Source: Perna viridis (Eukaryota). Taken from it: 64,000 nt of DNA. The translations under genes were made by a program, and so were the position numbers. Location of the stretch: positions 26,780,750 through 26,844,749 of the forward strand of contig CM074524.1 of NCBI GenBank assembly GCA_037379345.1, in the 5' to 3' direction. The notes beneath the pieces are model-generated. The model was not told where the DNA came from. It was given only the letters and a program-made list of their open reading frames with translations, and ran no database searches. This document shows, piece after piece, positions 24,027 through 37,211 of the stretch (position 1 is its first letter; each line of letters opens with the position of its first letter).

Positions 24027-27000
24027 ATGAGTAAAAAGGGATCTTCGTCTGAGGTAAGATAATTCATCTGTTTCTTAATGATACTTACAATGACAATGAA
24101 ATTCATTAATGCAGAGAGTCATGTAAAACATCAATATAGAAATACAAAGAATGTTCGGTTTCTCCCTTAGTTATATAAGATTTGGGCTTGTTCAAGTTAT
24201 GCAGGACTAGACAACTGCTTCCTGTTTTTTTTGTTTAATTTGTTTTTGTTGTTGATTTTTTGTTTGTTTGTTTGGCTTTTTTTGGGGGGGGTTCTGTTTT
24301 TGTTTGTTTGTGTTAATTTTGTCGTTTTTGTTTTTTGTTTTGTTTTGTTTTAAGAGGGAGGAGTTGTTTCAAAAGACTAAACTGAGTATCTATATACACT
24401 ATAAATATACATGTACATAATACCCTGTAAGTCCTGCTTTTGTACGGTCAGTTTATAATGGGAGGATTCATAACTTGTTTTCTTCTTTTTATATGAAATT
24501 TTACTATCAGATAAACATTTCATTTGATTCTCGTGTGTGTTGTTGCCATGGAGACCCTTCCGTATTTAAACATCCATGAAAAAATTACATAAATTAATAA
24601 TCGTGAGGTCCAAAATTCTAAACAAATTCTTTATTAAACCGTTAGTATAGTTTGTAGATATTGGGCTTTGTCTTTTAATTGTTGACTATTTCCTGTGGAG
24701 TTACAAACTTTAATTAAATTTGTGTATTTTTCGTCTACTAGGTATACATGAACATTTTATCTCATAGATATGTTCTCCTGTGCATATACATGCATTGACT
24801 GCGGATGATGGGGAAATTCGTAACTTCAGTCAAAGATGATATCAAATAGATATTGATTCCTGACAAACACTTAAACGATTTTCGCACTATCCTTTACAGT
24901 AGAATTCCCCAAATGTCTTTTTGTTTACATTATCTATGATTTTCGGTGATAAGATAGATCGTAATTTAAACTTACAATCCAAGTCCTTAAGTATATCTAA
25001 CTCGCACGTTTATAGATAATACAGATTATATAGATAACATATGGGCCATGTTTCTTCTCTTGGGTACCAGTCCATACAAATTTCTGACACTGCTACATGC
25101 CTATGGTAGATGTGGTTCTAAGTCTAAGAACCCCTCCCGGAACAGATGATACTTTTTCGGTCTACATATACTACATTTTGTATTTTTTCACGTAACGATA
25201 TTCTTTTCTGTATTCAGATCTGTATTTTAGGACAACATTATTTTTATATCACATGGCCACATAGATCAATCAAAACAAACCAAACAAAGACCGATTATTC
25301 TTGTAGAGTGCCAAATTTCATACTCAATCTATGATCAACCAAATGAGAAACTTTGACTGTTAATTTGGTATGCAATTGTTTCTAAATAAGATAAAAAAAG
25401 TCAACTCCGTGGGTTTTTGACATGCATGAATCACCCCCTGTCTTATTTTTATAAAGACCAATATTTTAGTATAAATTATACAGCAATTTAATATATGGTT
25501 TGGAGATATATTTATATTAGCACCAGTGAAGTAAAATTATATCTTCCATTCTAGAAGTAACCCTTGATCATGCAGTATTAGTTTTGCATTTTGTTGAAAC
25601 CGGAAAGAATTGAATTTTAATTAATGGTTATTATTAATAGGTGGAAAAGGGGGGATGAATTTTTGAACGGGAAGTTTCATTTAAACTTTGGTCTCATACA
25701 TACATAAAGTATGGATTTTGATATATCGTCATATACCGGTTAGAATAATTTTTGTTTTGTTTTTGTTTTATACTTGCACTTGGAGTGTTATTAATTTATT
25801 ATTTTTGTGATGCAAAAAAAATTACACTCATTCCTCTTACTTCGTGTAGCCCAAGTCAGGAAATCTATTTTATACACATCACTATCAGGGGGTGGAGTTG
25901 GGCAGTCTGTGTAGCAATTGTCACTTTCCTTTCCTCTACACATGTAGTTCCCGTCCCCCTAATTTTCGCGTCACTCCGATCCCCCCCCCACCTCAAAAAA
26001 AAAAGGTCACCCGGACCCAATACTCTCGTTATACAATATAAATATGAAATAACAAGTGAATGTCGTAAAACTTAGATTATACATTTTGGTAATATTATCT
26101 TTTACACATTGAAAGATTGAAATGTCTATCATCCATTCTAATTACCGGAACCATTTGCCCGGTACTTCAGAAAATTCTATTCTTTTAGAACTCTGCCTGT
26201 CTGTCTGTGCATGTTTGTTTTAAAGTTCATTATTCTTTCATCCTAAGGCTTACTAAATCTCGCATTACTATCTGGTTACAATTAAAGTATATATCAGACT
26301 TAGGGTCAGACGTTTTTGGTATTACGTTTATAGCTCAAAACGTAGCCTTCAGTTCCTATGTTTTACTTTAAAGTCAATGTACTAGTTAACCTTAGCTTGC
26401 TTTTATATAGACCGATGTCAACTCCTTATTAATAATTATACCATGTTCAATAAGCTATGAATTTAAAACCTGTATTATTAATAAATGTGATTGATACATT
26501 CACAAGTTTAAATCACCTCTAATTTACAATAAAAATATTTTAAAAAGGCTTTTAGATCAATGTAATTTCGCCAAGTATTGAGTGTTTTGTTGCCTTTGTT
26601 ATTTTTTGACTACATGTATAGGTCCAAGCTGTTGGGGAAAGTGTCTCTTTACAAGGACAAGTCCGTTTGCTAGTGTCGTTTAAGAATTATTTAGTTTTTG
26701 GATCAAATTATTTTCAAAATGGTAAGTCTTTCATTATCAGCTACATTGATGCACATGGTACGGTACCAACGCGGTCACAATGGACTACTGTACTGGACGA
26801 ATCACTTACATAAAGGTTTCAGATCTTATTTATTCCAACGTTCATATTTTCAAATCTTCCTGAGTCCTCGCTTTAAATAAGATTTTGTTTATACAAATTT
26901 TACGAAACAAAAAGCAAAAGTCGTTGTCAATGCTAATTTTCATTCTTTCACTAAAAAGTTCGATTAATATTTGCATGTTGCATGTTCTTTCAATTTTATT

Positions 27001-30000
27001 TGATTGCTGTGTACTTGGAATACCTAAAGTTTTTTCATATCAAATCTAATATTTTCTTTTCGTCAAGCCTTCAGCATATTAATCTTCTAACCGGGTACAC
27101 TATATTCTTGACTGACAATTTACTGTTATTATTCTTCTGTTAATCAAGAAAATAATCGCCAAAGGATTTAGATACTTCATTTTTTAAACATGATTAGAAC
27201 GTCTACAACATAACTCATGATGAACTGTAGTTACCGGAAAACAAAACAGTATATTTTGCAAGCTTCTTACCCATAATTTAAATGAAGGGAGCATTAAGTT
27301 GTTAGGGGTTTTGTCAGATGGAATATCGTGTCCTGATCTTTTATTTGCTTAATTTGGTTTTACATGTACATGTATTAGGAGCATCTGTTATTATAATTTG
27401 GTTCTGTTCTTTTTAAATTAATATTAGCTTTGTCACCGGTTGTTTCCTCAGGGAATTCATGTTCAGAAACAGCTAATTATACCAACATCGAGAGTTATTA
27501 AAGACTGTTGAAATAAACTAATTCAGTTCAGTGGTTAAAATATGCCGTTTTTACTGCCCTGTGTTTATCTACATGTTCATACAAAAATGCTCGTGAACTG
27601 GTGTGAATAGTTTTATAGATACACACGGCACCCACCAAATGCCAAGCAATAAACATTAGCATTCTACAGGTCTCCATGCGGTCTTCAGTGATGGGCCAAA
27701 CCCATACCATATAGCTGTAAAAGGCCCAAAATAAATGTAGAGAAACTATTCATAAAAGACGAAAATTAACTATATGGAAAAAAACGAATAACAATGAACA
27801 CGAAAAAGGACAACAACCACTAGACTACAGGTTCCTGGCATAGGACAGGCACAATATGTATGTGATGGGGTTGCAACTGTTTGTGATCGCCCAAACATCC
27901 CCCCTTACCTGGGACTGCGGTGGTTAATTTAGAACAATAAAACAAACTATAAAAATCTGTTGAATTCTTATCTAACTTTTGAGATCGATACAGAACGCAA
28001 ACACAAAGACAACAAGCTGAATCTACATGTACATGTACCGCGGAGGAGTACTCCTTTTTTCTGTTAGCTAGTTCAAAATTCAAAAGCAACTCTTGTTAAC
28101 TCAAAAAAAGGTATCAACAATAACACGTCGAACAGTATTTAGTGAAAATATATAATAAAATGTCTACGTAAAACGACGTATTCGTGCAAATTGCCAAAAG
28201 GAACAGCACTGATGTTCACATAACACATTAACATACATGTAATAATATTACGTGGGATTCGTTAATGTTGAAATTTGTCAAAGAACTACAGTATTTAACG
28301 CCACCGGCATCGTAGAAAATATGGAATAGAGTACTATTGTAAAGAACTTATCATTTCAATTGATCTGTATGTTGTCTGCATATTAGTCAATATGATTTAT
28401 TGAAAACATATTAAAAAATGTCTAAGTAAAACAAGGTCTTCGTACATGTACGATAAACACATTTGAGTCTGATCCCCTTGCTTGAACTTTTGAGCAAATA
28501 ATTATGTTTAAACTAAACGATAAAAAACATTTTGTTTGTCTTACGACTTCGAAGTCGTTTATCCGTAAACATGTTTTACTAATGTTTATAATAATCTCTT
28601 AGATAAACTCATTGGATTTCGTCAAACGTAATACCATCATGACGGTGAATGACGTAATTTTATCCTGTAAAAATGTTGTATCCGATGTTAAAATTGCTTT
28701 TTAAAAACAGTTGTTACCAAATTGTATCATGTACATGGTGTTCAGATAGCTCCTTCGAATTACATTCGGGGGGGGGGGGGGCGGGAACAGAAACTTATAA
28801 AAAGATCGAACAAGAATGCATTCCTTGACGGGGTTCCTGGCTATCATGTCCTCATTTTTGCCCAAATTTTACCGAGAATTAACAATCTTTTCTAACAATC
28901 AAAGTGCTGAGGCACTGGGTCAAGGAGGACATCATAAATATTCATGTAACCATTCATTCATTCATTCATTCATTCATTCATTCATTCATTCATTCCTCAA
29001 AATAGAGATTACATGAATTGCAATTACATAAGAACAAATTAATTAAGACACAAATAGGAAATATTAAATAATAATAATAATGAATTTTATTACTAATTCA
29101 TATCTATATACAAGTAAAGTGAGCAAGATATGTTCGTGTACTGGTGACATTACATGCATTAGCTACAAAAATGTATTGCAACAATGTAAGCATCTTAAAT
29201 ATTCGCCTGTTGACTTTACAATATGGATGTAGCAGAGTCGTCTGAATTCATCTATATCGGAATCACAGAGTTCAGTGAAAGTTTTTCTACCGAGGAGAAT
29301 TCGGACAAGCGATTCATCATCATACTCGCTTAGTTCTACGTACAGCTCTAGAGGAAAATGTTCAATTATGAGGTCCATCCAAACATTAAACAACTCTGAA
29401 GTACTTGTACAGTTTTGGGTAGCACGGACAAGCATGTCGGTGAATATTTGATCACATAATTTATATGATTGTTCGATTAGGTTTGGTACAGAGGAAATGT
29501 ATTTAGCAATAATGTGAGCGGTACGCAAATCAAAGCAGTTTGTAGGGTACTTCCAGATGTCAGCAACAGCAATGGAATTGTGGATTTCTCTGAATCGACT
29601 AAAGCCACTATGTGAGTCTATACGTGTTTTCCAGTCATTATCATGTTTTGTATGAACCACATTTATCACCATGTGTTTCCATTGTAATTTACCAGGAAAG
29701 TCACCGTCTCTGATAAAGATCGCAAGGGATTCGTACAGGTTATATTTGATTAAGATATCTAAAATATCTGGGATAAAGCCTATGCGATTTCGATTTCTGA
29801 TACATTGTTTAAGGATCCGCTATCATTATAATAGAAATATAATAGAAAAAACAGTAATTATAATTTATAATTATTGTTTTTTTTCTATTATCTGACTCAT
29901 TTGGCGTCCCTCTAAAACATTCTGCCATGGACCAGAGACTTCATTTGAACCGTACAAGGATTCGCCTACTTAGTACTACATGTACACTGTATAATTTATT

Positions 30001-33000
30001 AATATTAAAATTAAGTAGATTTATTTTATTAAATGATGGTCGGTTCAGGGTATTTTTAAATCATAATTAACTAGTTAAATTTTGACTTACTTATTAGTCT
30101 CGAATCAAAATACAATAAAGAATCAACTGATCCGCACGATAGGATTTTCGTGGATCAATATATTTGTAATACATAAATCGTGTTGGGAGCAGAAATGTGT
30201 TTATATTTTCTTCTATGCTATCAAAGCTGTTTGAAAATAATTTAAAACAACGTAATTCTTATTACGTAAACCAGTGCATGACCTACTTTTTAAAATGTAT
30301 ATGTAAATTGTACTAGTAAGCAAATCATATCCTGCAAGAAAGTACTGATAAAATGAGAAAAGTCATCGAATTCCACTCGGTTTTGGCAGAACTTGGGTCG
30401 AACGAAATGAAAGGCCGACAAACGGACGGACGGACAACATGATTTTATATAAGTTTTTAAAGTGATGGGTAAAACAAATGCTTACACTTTTGAGGTTGCT
30501 ACTTACTGCACGTACATCTGGCTTTACTCTGAATGTGAAACTCCAGAGTCTGATCCTTAACGTTCGTGAATAACAGCAGTGGCGGATCCAGAGGGGTGCA
30601 GGGGGTTGGAACCCCCCTTTTTAATAGAAAATTTGACATGTTCATGTGTAAAAGTGACAAAAAATGGTCCGTTTTGTAAATAATGTCCTAGCACCCCCTA
30701 TTTCTGAGAAACCCCGGATGGTACCCTTCCTTTTCAAAGTGACGGGATCCGCCCTCGAAGAGTTAGCTATTCAGATTGATCGTTTGACAATGGTCTAACT
30801 TCAATCAATCAATCTTATAGCTGCATATTAATATACAGTTTTTGTCAGTTACATGTACATCTACGTTAAACCAGGAGATTTAAAAGCTTTGTATGCTTAA
30901 AAAGTTCATAAAGCTTTTAATTTGAACTTTGCAGTCTCGACTTTAATTAGTAAACAGCGGTATCGGTTACTTAAATAAAATTCACACAGTTCAACCTTAA
31001 TATCATGCAAGTGTAAACATGAAACCTGTCTAAACCAAATCCTTTGTATTGGTTCCATTCAGACAGGTGTTCGGTTTAACAAGGTCCAGTATATTTATAC
31101 AGTTTCACTGTATTTGGCAAATTATCTGAATTATCTACCTCGAATGTGTTGTCTTAGCACAACGGCATAAAAAAAAACAAAAAAAAAACCGGCTAGATTG
31201 TCACTGTATTTATCTTGTATATATTATTAATTAAGCGAATTTAGGCAAGACACAGCAGATGTTAGACGTCTTTCGCTTATTAGTATTTACCTGCGCCACC
31301 GACGTGTATTGGTCTTGTTATTTGTCAAAATCTAAAAAAAATATAATGCGCCCTTATTTCTAGTACATGTCTTTGCAGCCCCCTCCCCCGGCCCCATTTC
31401 TATTACTATAATCCTACATTCTGATGAATCATTACTATACATTAGTTGTCCGTTCTGAGCCTACTTTATGTATGTTAAAAGTGGGACTTGAAAATTCTCT
31501 CCTTCGCATAAAAAGATAGCCTACATGTATCTTAAAGTGTACATAAACATGTATATTGTGCTAGTCCTCCGCCGAATCATGACAACGACTTTGATACTGT
31601 AATTACTACTTATCCGCCAAGCAGGGGATAAAGTGACTGTTTTGATCAGAATCAGAATAATATGTCCGAGTGGCGTAAAATGCCTAACTGCGGGCTGTTG
31701 CCTCTGTGAGCTCTGGCTTAGCATGTTAGACTAGTGAAAAGCAAGGTCTGTTTGATTGTTCGAGCGTTTTTGTCCATAAATACTGAAATATATGTCATAG
31801 GACGTCCAACAATATCAATCATTATACTAGACAATGAATATTTCAATGACTGCAATACGGACTAACAAAAAAAATCAAATTACTGTACATAGAGGATACA
31901 GCAGGTACATAACCTAAAGAGTAATCAAGAGAACCAAGGTTATAGCGGTAATCAAAAGAATGTAAACCTTGGACAAAGACCAGACATGGAAAACAAACAT
32001 ACACAACAAAGAACATAAAGTAACTAAAATCATACATACAAAGTAACAAAAGCAAATGAGCAACTCGGACTCCACTAAAAACTGGAAGCATGGACCAGGT
32101 GCACCGGTAGGGTTAGCGTCCTGTAAAGGTGAATCAAATGTCTACATGCCATTTAAACGGAACTATAATTCATAACATACCAACTTGCTTTGCCCTGGTA
32201 TACTGCTTTGAATTAAATAGAAATGTGTTTTATTTCTATAGGCTGACCTTTGTATCGTGTCAAACCTATTATAAACAGGACAAACAAAATTTAATAAGAA
32301 AGTTTTCTGATCAATTAAATTTAAACTGTACCTTTAATTTAAATATTGACATTGTAACCAAGGTGATTTAATTACAATAAAGATTTAGTAACAGTGAAAT
32401 ATTTACAGCGAGTAGAGTCCGTCTGTGAGCAACCTTTTAATTTTAAACTAAAAGTGTAAAAACAAATTTTACACAGGCAGAATTATAACTTTACAACAAA
32501 AATCATGAAATAGTCAAAATAATACACACAAAGTAACAAAAGTAAATGAGCAATTCGGACTCCTCTGCAAAAAATGGGCGCATGGACCAGGTGCACGGTT
32601 AGGGTAGCGTCATCTGCTTTTATAGAAACACCCGCCGAGTTGCTCATAAAAAGTGAAGTTCAGGATATGCGGAAGGGGAAAAGAAAACTACATGTATGAC
32701 ACGTTGAACAAATCAGTTCTTATGATGCATATGGATACACCTAATGATCCACGAGTTCATGATGACGACCATGAAACTTCTGTAGTGATGACTTCGATCT
32801 TGTAATAACATAACCCTGTTCCAGAAGCCTAATTGTAAGAAGTCTAGATAAAGTGATTAATATCAGGATTAATGAACTTTTACATCATTTCATATAATAT
32901 CACTAGTCCATTCTATTATAATTACAATTAAGTCTGACTTAAGTAATTTTTGTTACTTCTCCGGAGTTTTGACACTTTTGGTGTTTAATCCATATTAAAT

Positions 33001-36000
33001 CGGATCAATCTCATAATTGCCTTTCATTATTTTTTCAAGTAGTTGTTTTTACCAAACCTTATGCAAAAAAAAATACCCATACATTAACACAGTGGCAAAC
33101 AGTTACGGTTTTTAATTTTACGATTTAGTAGACAACTACTTGTTTTACTTTTATTTCATATGGCTTATACTCTTTGAAAATTAAAAGCCTTTTAGTTTGT
33201 TTGCCAATAAACCTAAAAAATTATGTTCAATATTTTTATCTTGATATTTTGTGCTGTAATCCCAGACAAGACAGATCATTGTTTATGACAGTCCATCATT
33301 ATTTCTATTTATCATCATTTTTGAGACAAACCAAATTCCCCCATCCGCCTCCAACCTATGTAGGACAACGCCAGACGTCATCATCATTTACAAATAATAG
33401 TGGACGGGGGGGGGGGGGGAGGGGGGTAAAGGAAGTAATCCTCCATTGAATCCTTGCTCATTTTCTTATTTTAGAAAAAAATTCATGGCACCTATACAAA
33501 TGTGCATAACGTGATAAATAACGTGATGGATTTTTCCATTGAAAAATAATGTTAATAATAATCCTCTGCAGAATATCAAGAATTATAGTTGAAGACCACT
33601 TTCAATAGTAAAGATATACATTGAATTTTTTTTTACATTTTCAGAGTCGGAAGCACGAAAATTTAGACAAAGGTAAGCATATGTAACTATTTTTTAATCA
33701 ATGGAACAGAAACTATGGTTCTTCTTTTCTTGACTAAAATTAATCTCTCTGTAGCAATCTGCATCGACGAAGATCATCCAGCCAATCCCTGGCTATACAT
33801 ATCGATACGGAATTTTTTGTGTCCCTCCCACAAGGAATGATAGTAACTTCGCAACTTTGCTCATTATGTTCTTGGTACATTCTGGTGAAATACACCTTTT
33901 AAGTAAAACTGTTTTTATTCAAGTGACCATCTATAGCAACTCAAACTAGAATTGATTTCCATGTTTAATCTCGTTGAAAGCTACGCTGCACATGTATGTA
34001 AATGTTATCGGGTTTTCCATTTTTTAGAATTTTAATATTCAAATTGTTTTAGGAAATTGCGCCAGATAATGGTGAAAGTTTTATGCCCTCTTATACATGT
34101 ATATATGTACATATAATACAAATCTTCGTCTGTACAAACGAGTTTGTACTTGTACAGTAACAATAGTTCTTCTGTAACTACGTAACTTTAATTTATTCTA
34201 CATATTGAGGCAGAAGTTTGGAGTATTCATCTATATCAATGTGAATTAAATGTTTTTCCGTTTGTATTACACAAATAAAAGACTGCGGTTTTATGATTGA
34301 TATCTACATGTAAAATAGTTTTTCTTTTTTTTTCAGAAATTGACGAATTGTTCAAAGTCTTCGACAAAAACAATGATAACTCTATAACGACTTCAGAGCT
34401 AGGATCAGCCATGAGATTCCTAGGTTTACGTCCGACAAATAAGGAAATTAAAGAGACAATGAAACTGTTAGATAAAAATGGCAATGGACGAGTAGACAAG
34501 AGGGAATTTAAGGTATTTCTGAAAAACTACATTAAAGAAAACCCAGAAGCAATGAGTCAAGAGGAAGCGATCCGTGCTGCGTTTAAAGTGTTCGACAAAG
34601 ACGGCAACGGTTCTATAGGTAAGAATGGGTTAATGGACACCAATTTTACTCATAATATCCTTACCCTTCCAGAGAACCTTATATCACTTCCGTTTTTTTG
34701 TGGGAGTTCAAATTACTTTTATTTAAATACGTGTGTGTGTGTATGTGTGTGCTTTTCGTCATCTTCAGTTTTTCAAAGTAATTTAAAGTGATTGTATAAC
34801 TACAAAAATGTACATTGTGTGCAGAGTCAGTCTACATCATTAGATTCGGAGTTCTCTAGATTGTCCTATTATTCCGATACTTCGGTGATCCTATTTTTGT
34901 GATATTTACGTTAACAGGTAACAACTATTAGGACTACAAAGTTGTAAGTACAAATCTGTGTCAGATTCGTGCAAAATGTGAAATCAGATACACATATCGG
35001 TGTCAAAAACTTATCGGTCTGGCAATAGATATCGTTACTCGTTTTATCCAAATGTTGAAAAATGAGGTTTTGACAATGGTACATGTATCTACCCCTGAAA
35101 TGTGCATTTGTAGTGCATTTAGATGAAATTATAAATCATTTTACGAAATGATATAGAAAAGTTTCTCTTTGATCCTTTATACTTTATATATTAATGAATC
35201 AAATTGTAAAAAATATACTTTAAAAGCGGTATATTATTACTCGCTTTGTGTCAGCTACTGTGTTTGAATTTTACTTATAGACAATGCTTTAAATAAAACA
35301 AACATAAAACAATGGAACTAAATAAAATAAAACATGACAAAATTGGAAGACAGTAGGAAAGAAATTAAGGATACACGCACAAATATACATATGTACACCA
35401 GCTTACATCATCAAAAACATGTTACTACTAGGGCATATGGAGAAAAACCTAAATGGAACTCTTTGTCCGGCATACACTCTATATGCATGACTTATTTATT
35501 TTATACACTTCGCAACTGTTTTACAGACGCGAAGGAATTGAAAATAGCAATGACAAAGCTTGGTGAAGCCTTAACCGACAAGGAGTTAGCAGAAATGATG
35601 AGGGATGCTGATATCAATAAAGATGGAAAAATAGACTATGATGGTAAAATTCTTTTTACAAGTGCTTTAATGATTTAATCGCTTTTATATTTCTGCATTG
35701 CTAAAGATACTTAATACATTTGTTTCAAGGGACAGATATAATATCATACGCAAAGTAAAGATTTGTGCTGACTATTTTGGTCTTTAATTACTAATAATAT
35801 AAGTGAGGATTGCATGCGATACTAAGTGTCGTCAGCTGTGGGCTAGACCATGTCAGAAACAGCTTTATAAATGGTCTAAATGTATACACATGTTCAAAGA
35901 AAATATGAAAATAAACCATACGTACTAGTATAATTTTATATCATCTACGTTCGTTTTTTTTTTCAGAATTTGTGAAAATTTGGACTGAGACAGAGAATGC

Positions 36001-36007
36001 TAAATAA
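24027..36007 (+). CDS. Calmodulin-like protein, four EF-hands (164 aa); exons 24027-24053, 33645-33672, 34337-34618, 35527-35643, 35967-36007
   Basis: EF loops DKNNDNSITTSE, DKNGNGRVDKRE, DKDGNGSIDAKE and DINKDGKIDYDE, with calmodulin-like linkers (LGLRPTNKEI, LGEALTDKELAEMMRDAD). All junctions are GT-AG with consistent phases (0,1,1,1), total 495 nt. The first micro-exon (MSKKGSSSE, 9.6-kb intron) is less certain. Too divergent to be canonical calmodulin. Confidence 0.9.
28951..28994. repeat. (CATT)n microsatellite
   Basis: Direct inspection. Confidence 0.95.
29068..29820 (-). mobile_element. 5'-truncated non-LTR retrotransposon 3' end (post-RT region with degenerate CCHC knuckle), intronic
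   Basis: The 29163-29672 frame extends upstream without ATG (RILKQC..GFIPDILDILIKYNL..GDFPGKLQWKHMV..W..R..F.RF..IH) and includes YKLC..D.LVR..C, read as a decayed Cx2C..H..C. It is followed by AATAAA and an (ATT)n tail near 29093-29068. Clade not determined. Confidence 0.55.
30577..30757. mobile_element. MITE (CAGTGGCGGATCC ... GGATCCGCCCTCG)
   Basis: Terminal inverted repeats visible directly; no target duplication recognised. Confidence 0.65.
31570..31822 (+). mobile_element. Diverged SINE, same family as 49786-52203
   Basis: Shares cgccaag..., ataatatgtccgagtgg, ctggcttagcatgttagactagt, ctgtttgattgttc and the ..caatca tail with the 49.8-kb SINE. Confidence 0.5.
31916..32122 (-). mobile_element. 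Penelope-like (Naiad-type) 3'-terminal fragment
   Basis: Highly similar to 44545-44752 and the reverse complement of 58160-58367. Confidence 0.85.
32460..32848 (-). mobile_element. Penelope-like (Naiad-type) 3' fragment (RT C-terminus plus 3' UTR)
   Basis: Homologous to ~44620-44980 (gatccacgagttcatgatgacgacca, cataaccctgttccagaagcc, atgagcaa..cgg...ccgagttgctcat). Confidence 0.8.
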
Positions 36008-37211
36008 GTTTTATACTTACGCTATAATTGTTATCATGTGACAATTATTATATAAGGAGTCTCAAACAGTCGAATATGATATTTGCGTATTGGAACATTT
36101 CTATGCTGAATGAGCAACATTAGTCGATATATTCCTCAAATGAAATCAAAAAGTAATTCACCTAATACATGTAAAATATTCGTATTGATATTAGAAGAGT
36201 TTGTTCGAACATTAGTAGTTTTCATGTGTTTTGTTTATTCAGGAGAATTAATTCGAGAAAACAAATAGAATAATTTTTAATAACTTTGAATTTATTTTAA
36301 AATACATATATTTATAGAAATAATGATTATTACTGAAAGTATTTTTTGATTAGAGATTCTTTTAATTCTATGTTCTATAAAAAAAAAATTGTTAGGAGAC
36401 ACAACAGCATTTTATATATGTACATGTACTTTCATTTTATGTTCTTCTTACAATGGCGGCTTGCTTCAGTTTTATTTTTGATAGGAAAATATAAGAAGAA
36501 ATGACTTGAATTGAAAAAGAAGTCATTCAAACGGAGGCTACATGTATATATTTATAGGATTCTGCAAAGTAGAACTTTCCTTTTCAATACAATAATAATA
36601 CCACATGTTATCACAGATTGGACTTTTGTAATTACAAACTCGACACCTCCATCTTGCTCAATTATAAGCGTCAGCCAATCATAGTTTGTTAACACTTACC
36701 CTAATATAAAGTGTTACAATTAAGGTATAGTTTATAGATTTTGTATTTTTATATATTCTGAATACAGTTGTCTCTGTCATTAAGATTTCAACGTTGTTTA
36801 CTACTGAAGTGATATTCTACAATAGTTATAACTGATGAATGCAATATTTTTTCTTATACATGTACATTGTGCGATATAAAAATAAGATAAATGTTTATGT
36901 TACAAGTCTTTACTTTATTCTTGTTAGTGCCTTTCAGCTAATCCTTTCAAAATTCTAAATTATACAAAAAGCCGTATTTAAATCACTTCTAAAATTAGCA
37001 ACTCATTTTACTCTAAGACTGCTTCAAAAACACAACTTTTTCAATAAAATCACAAAACTAAGTTCAGGTAAAAAAATAAAAAGCCAAAACAAAAACATAC
37101 AAAAAAAATAATAACAAAAAGAAAAACAAACAAAAAATGTATGGTCTATCAGTATTAATGGATCCAATGGTAGATAAGACTTCTGATCTCCACGTCCAGT
37201 TTAATTCATGT

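Noticed and set aside
31843-32091. Recurrent ORF MLPVF.GVRVAHLLLLLCMYDF (also 44539-44721, 58102-58368)
   Set aside because: Translation of the Penelope-like 3' UTR; recurrence reflects repeat copies, not a gene family.
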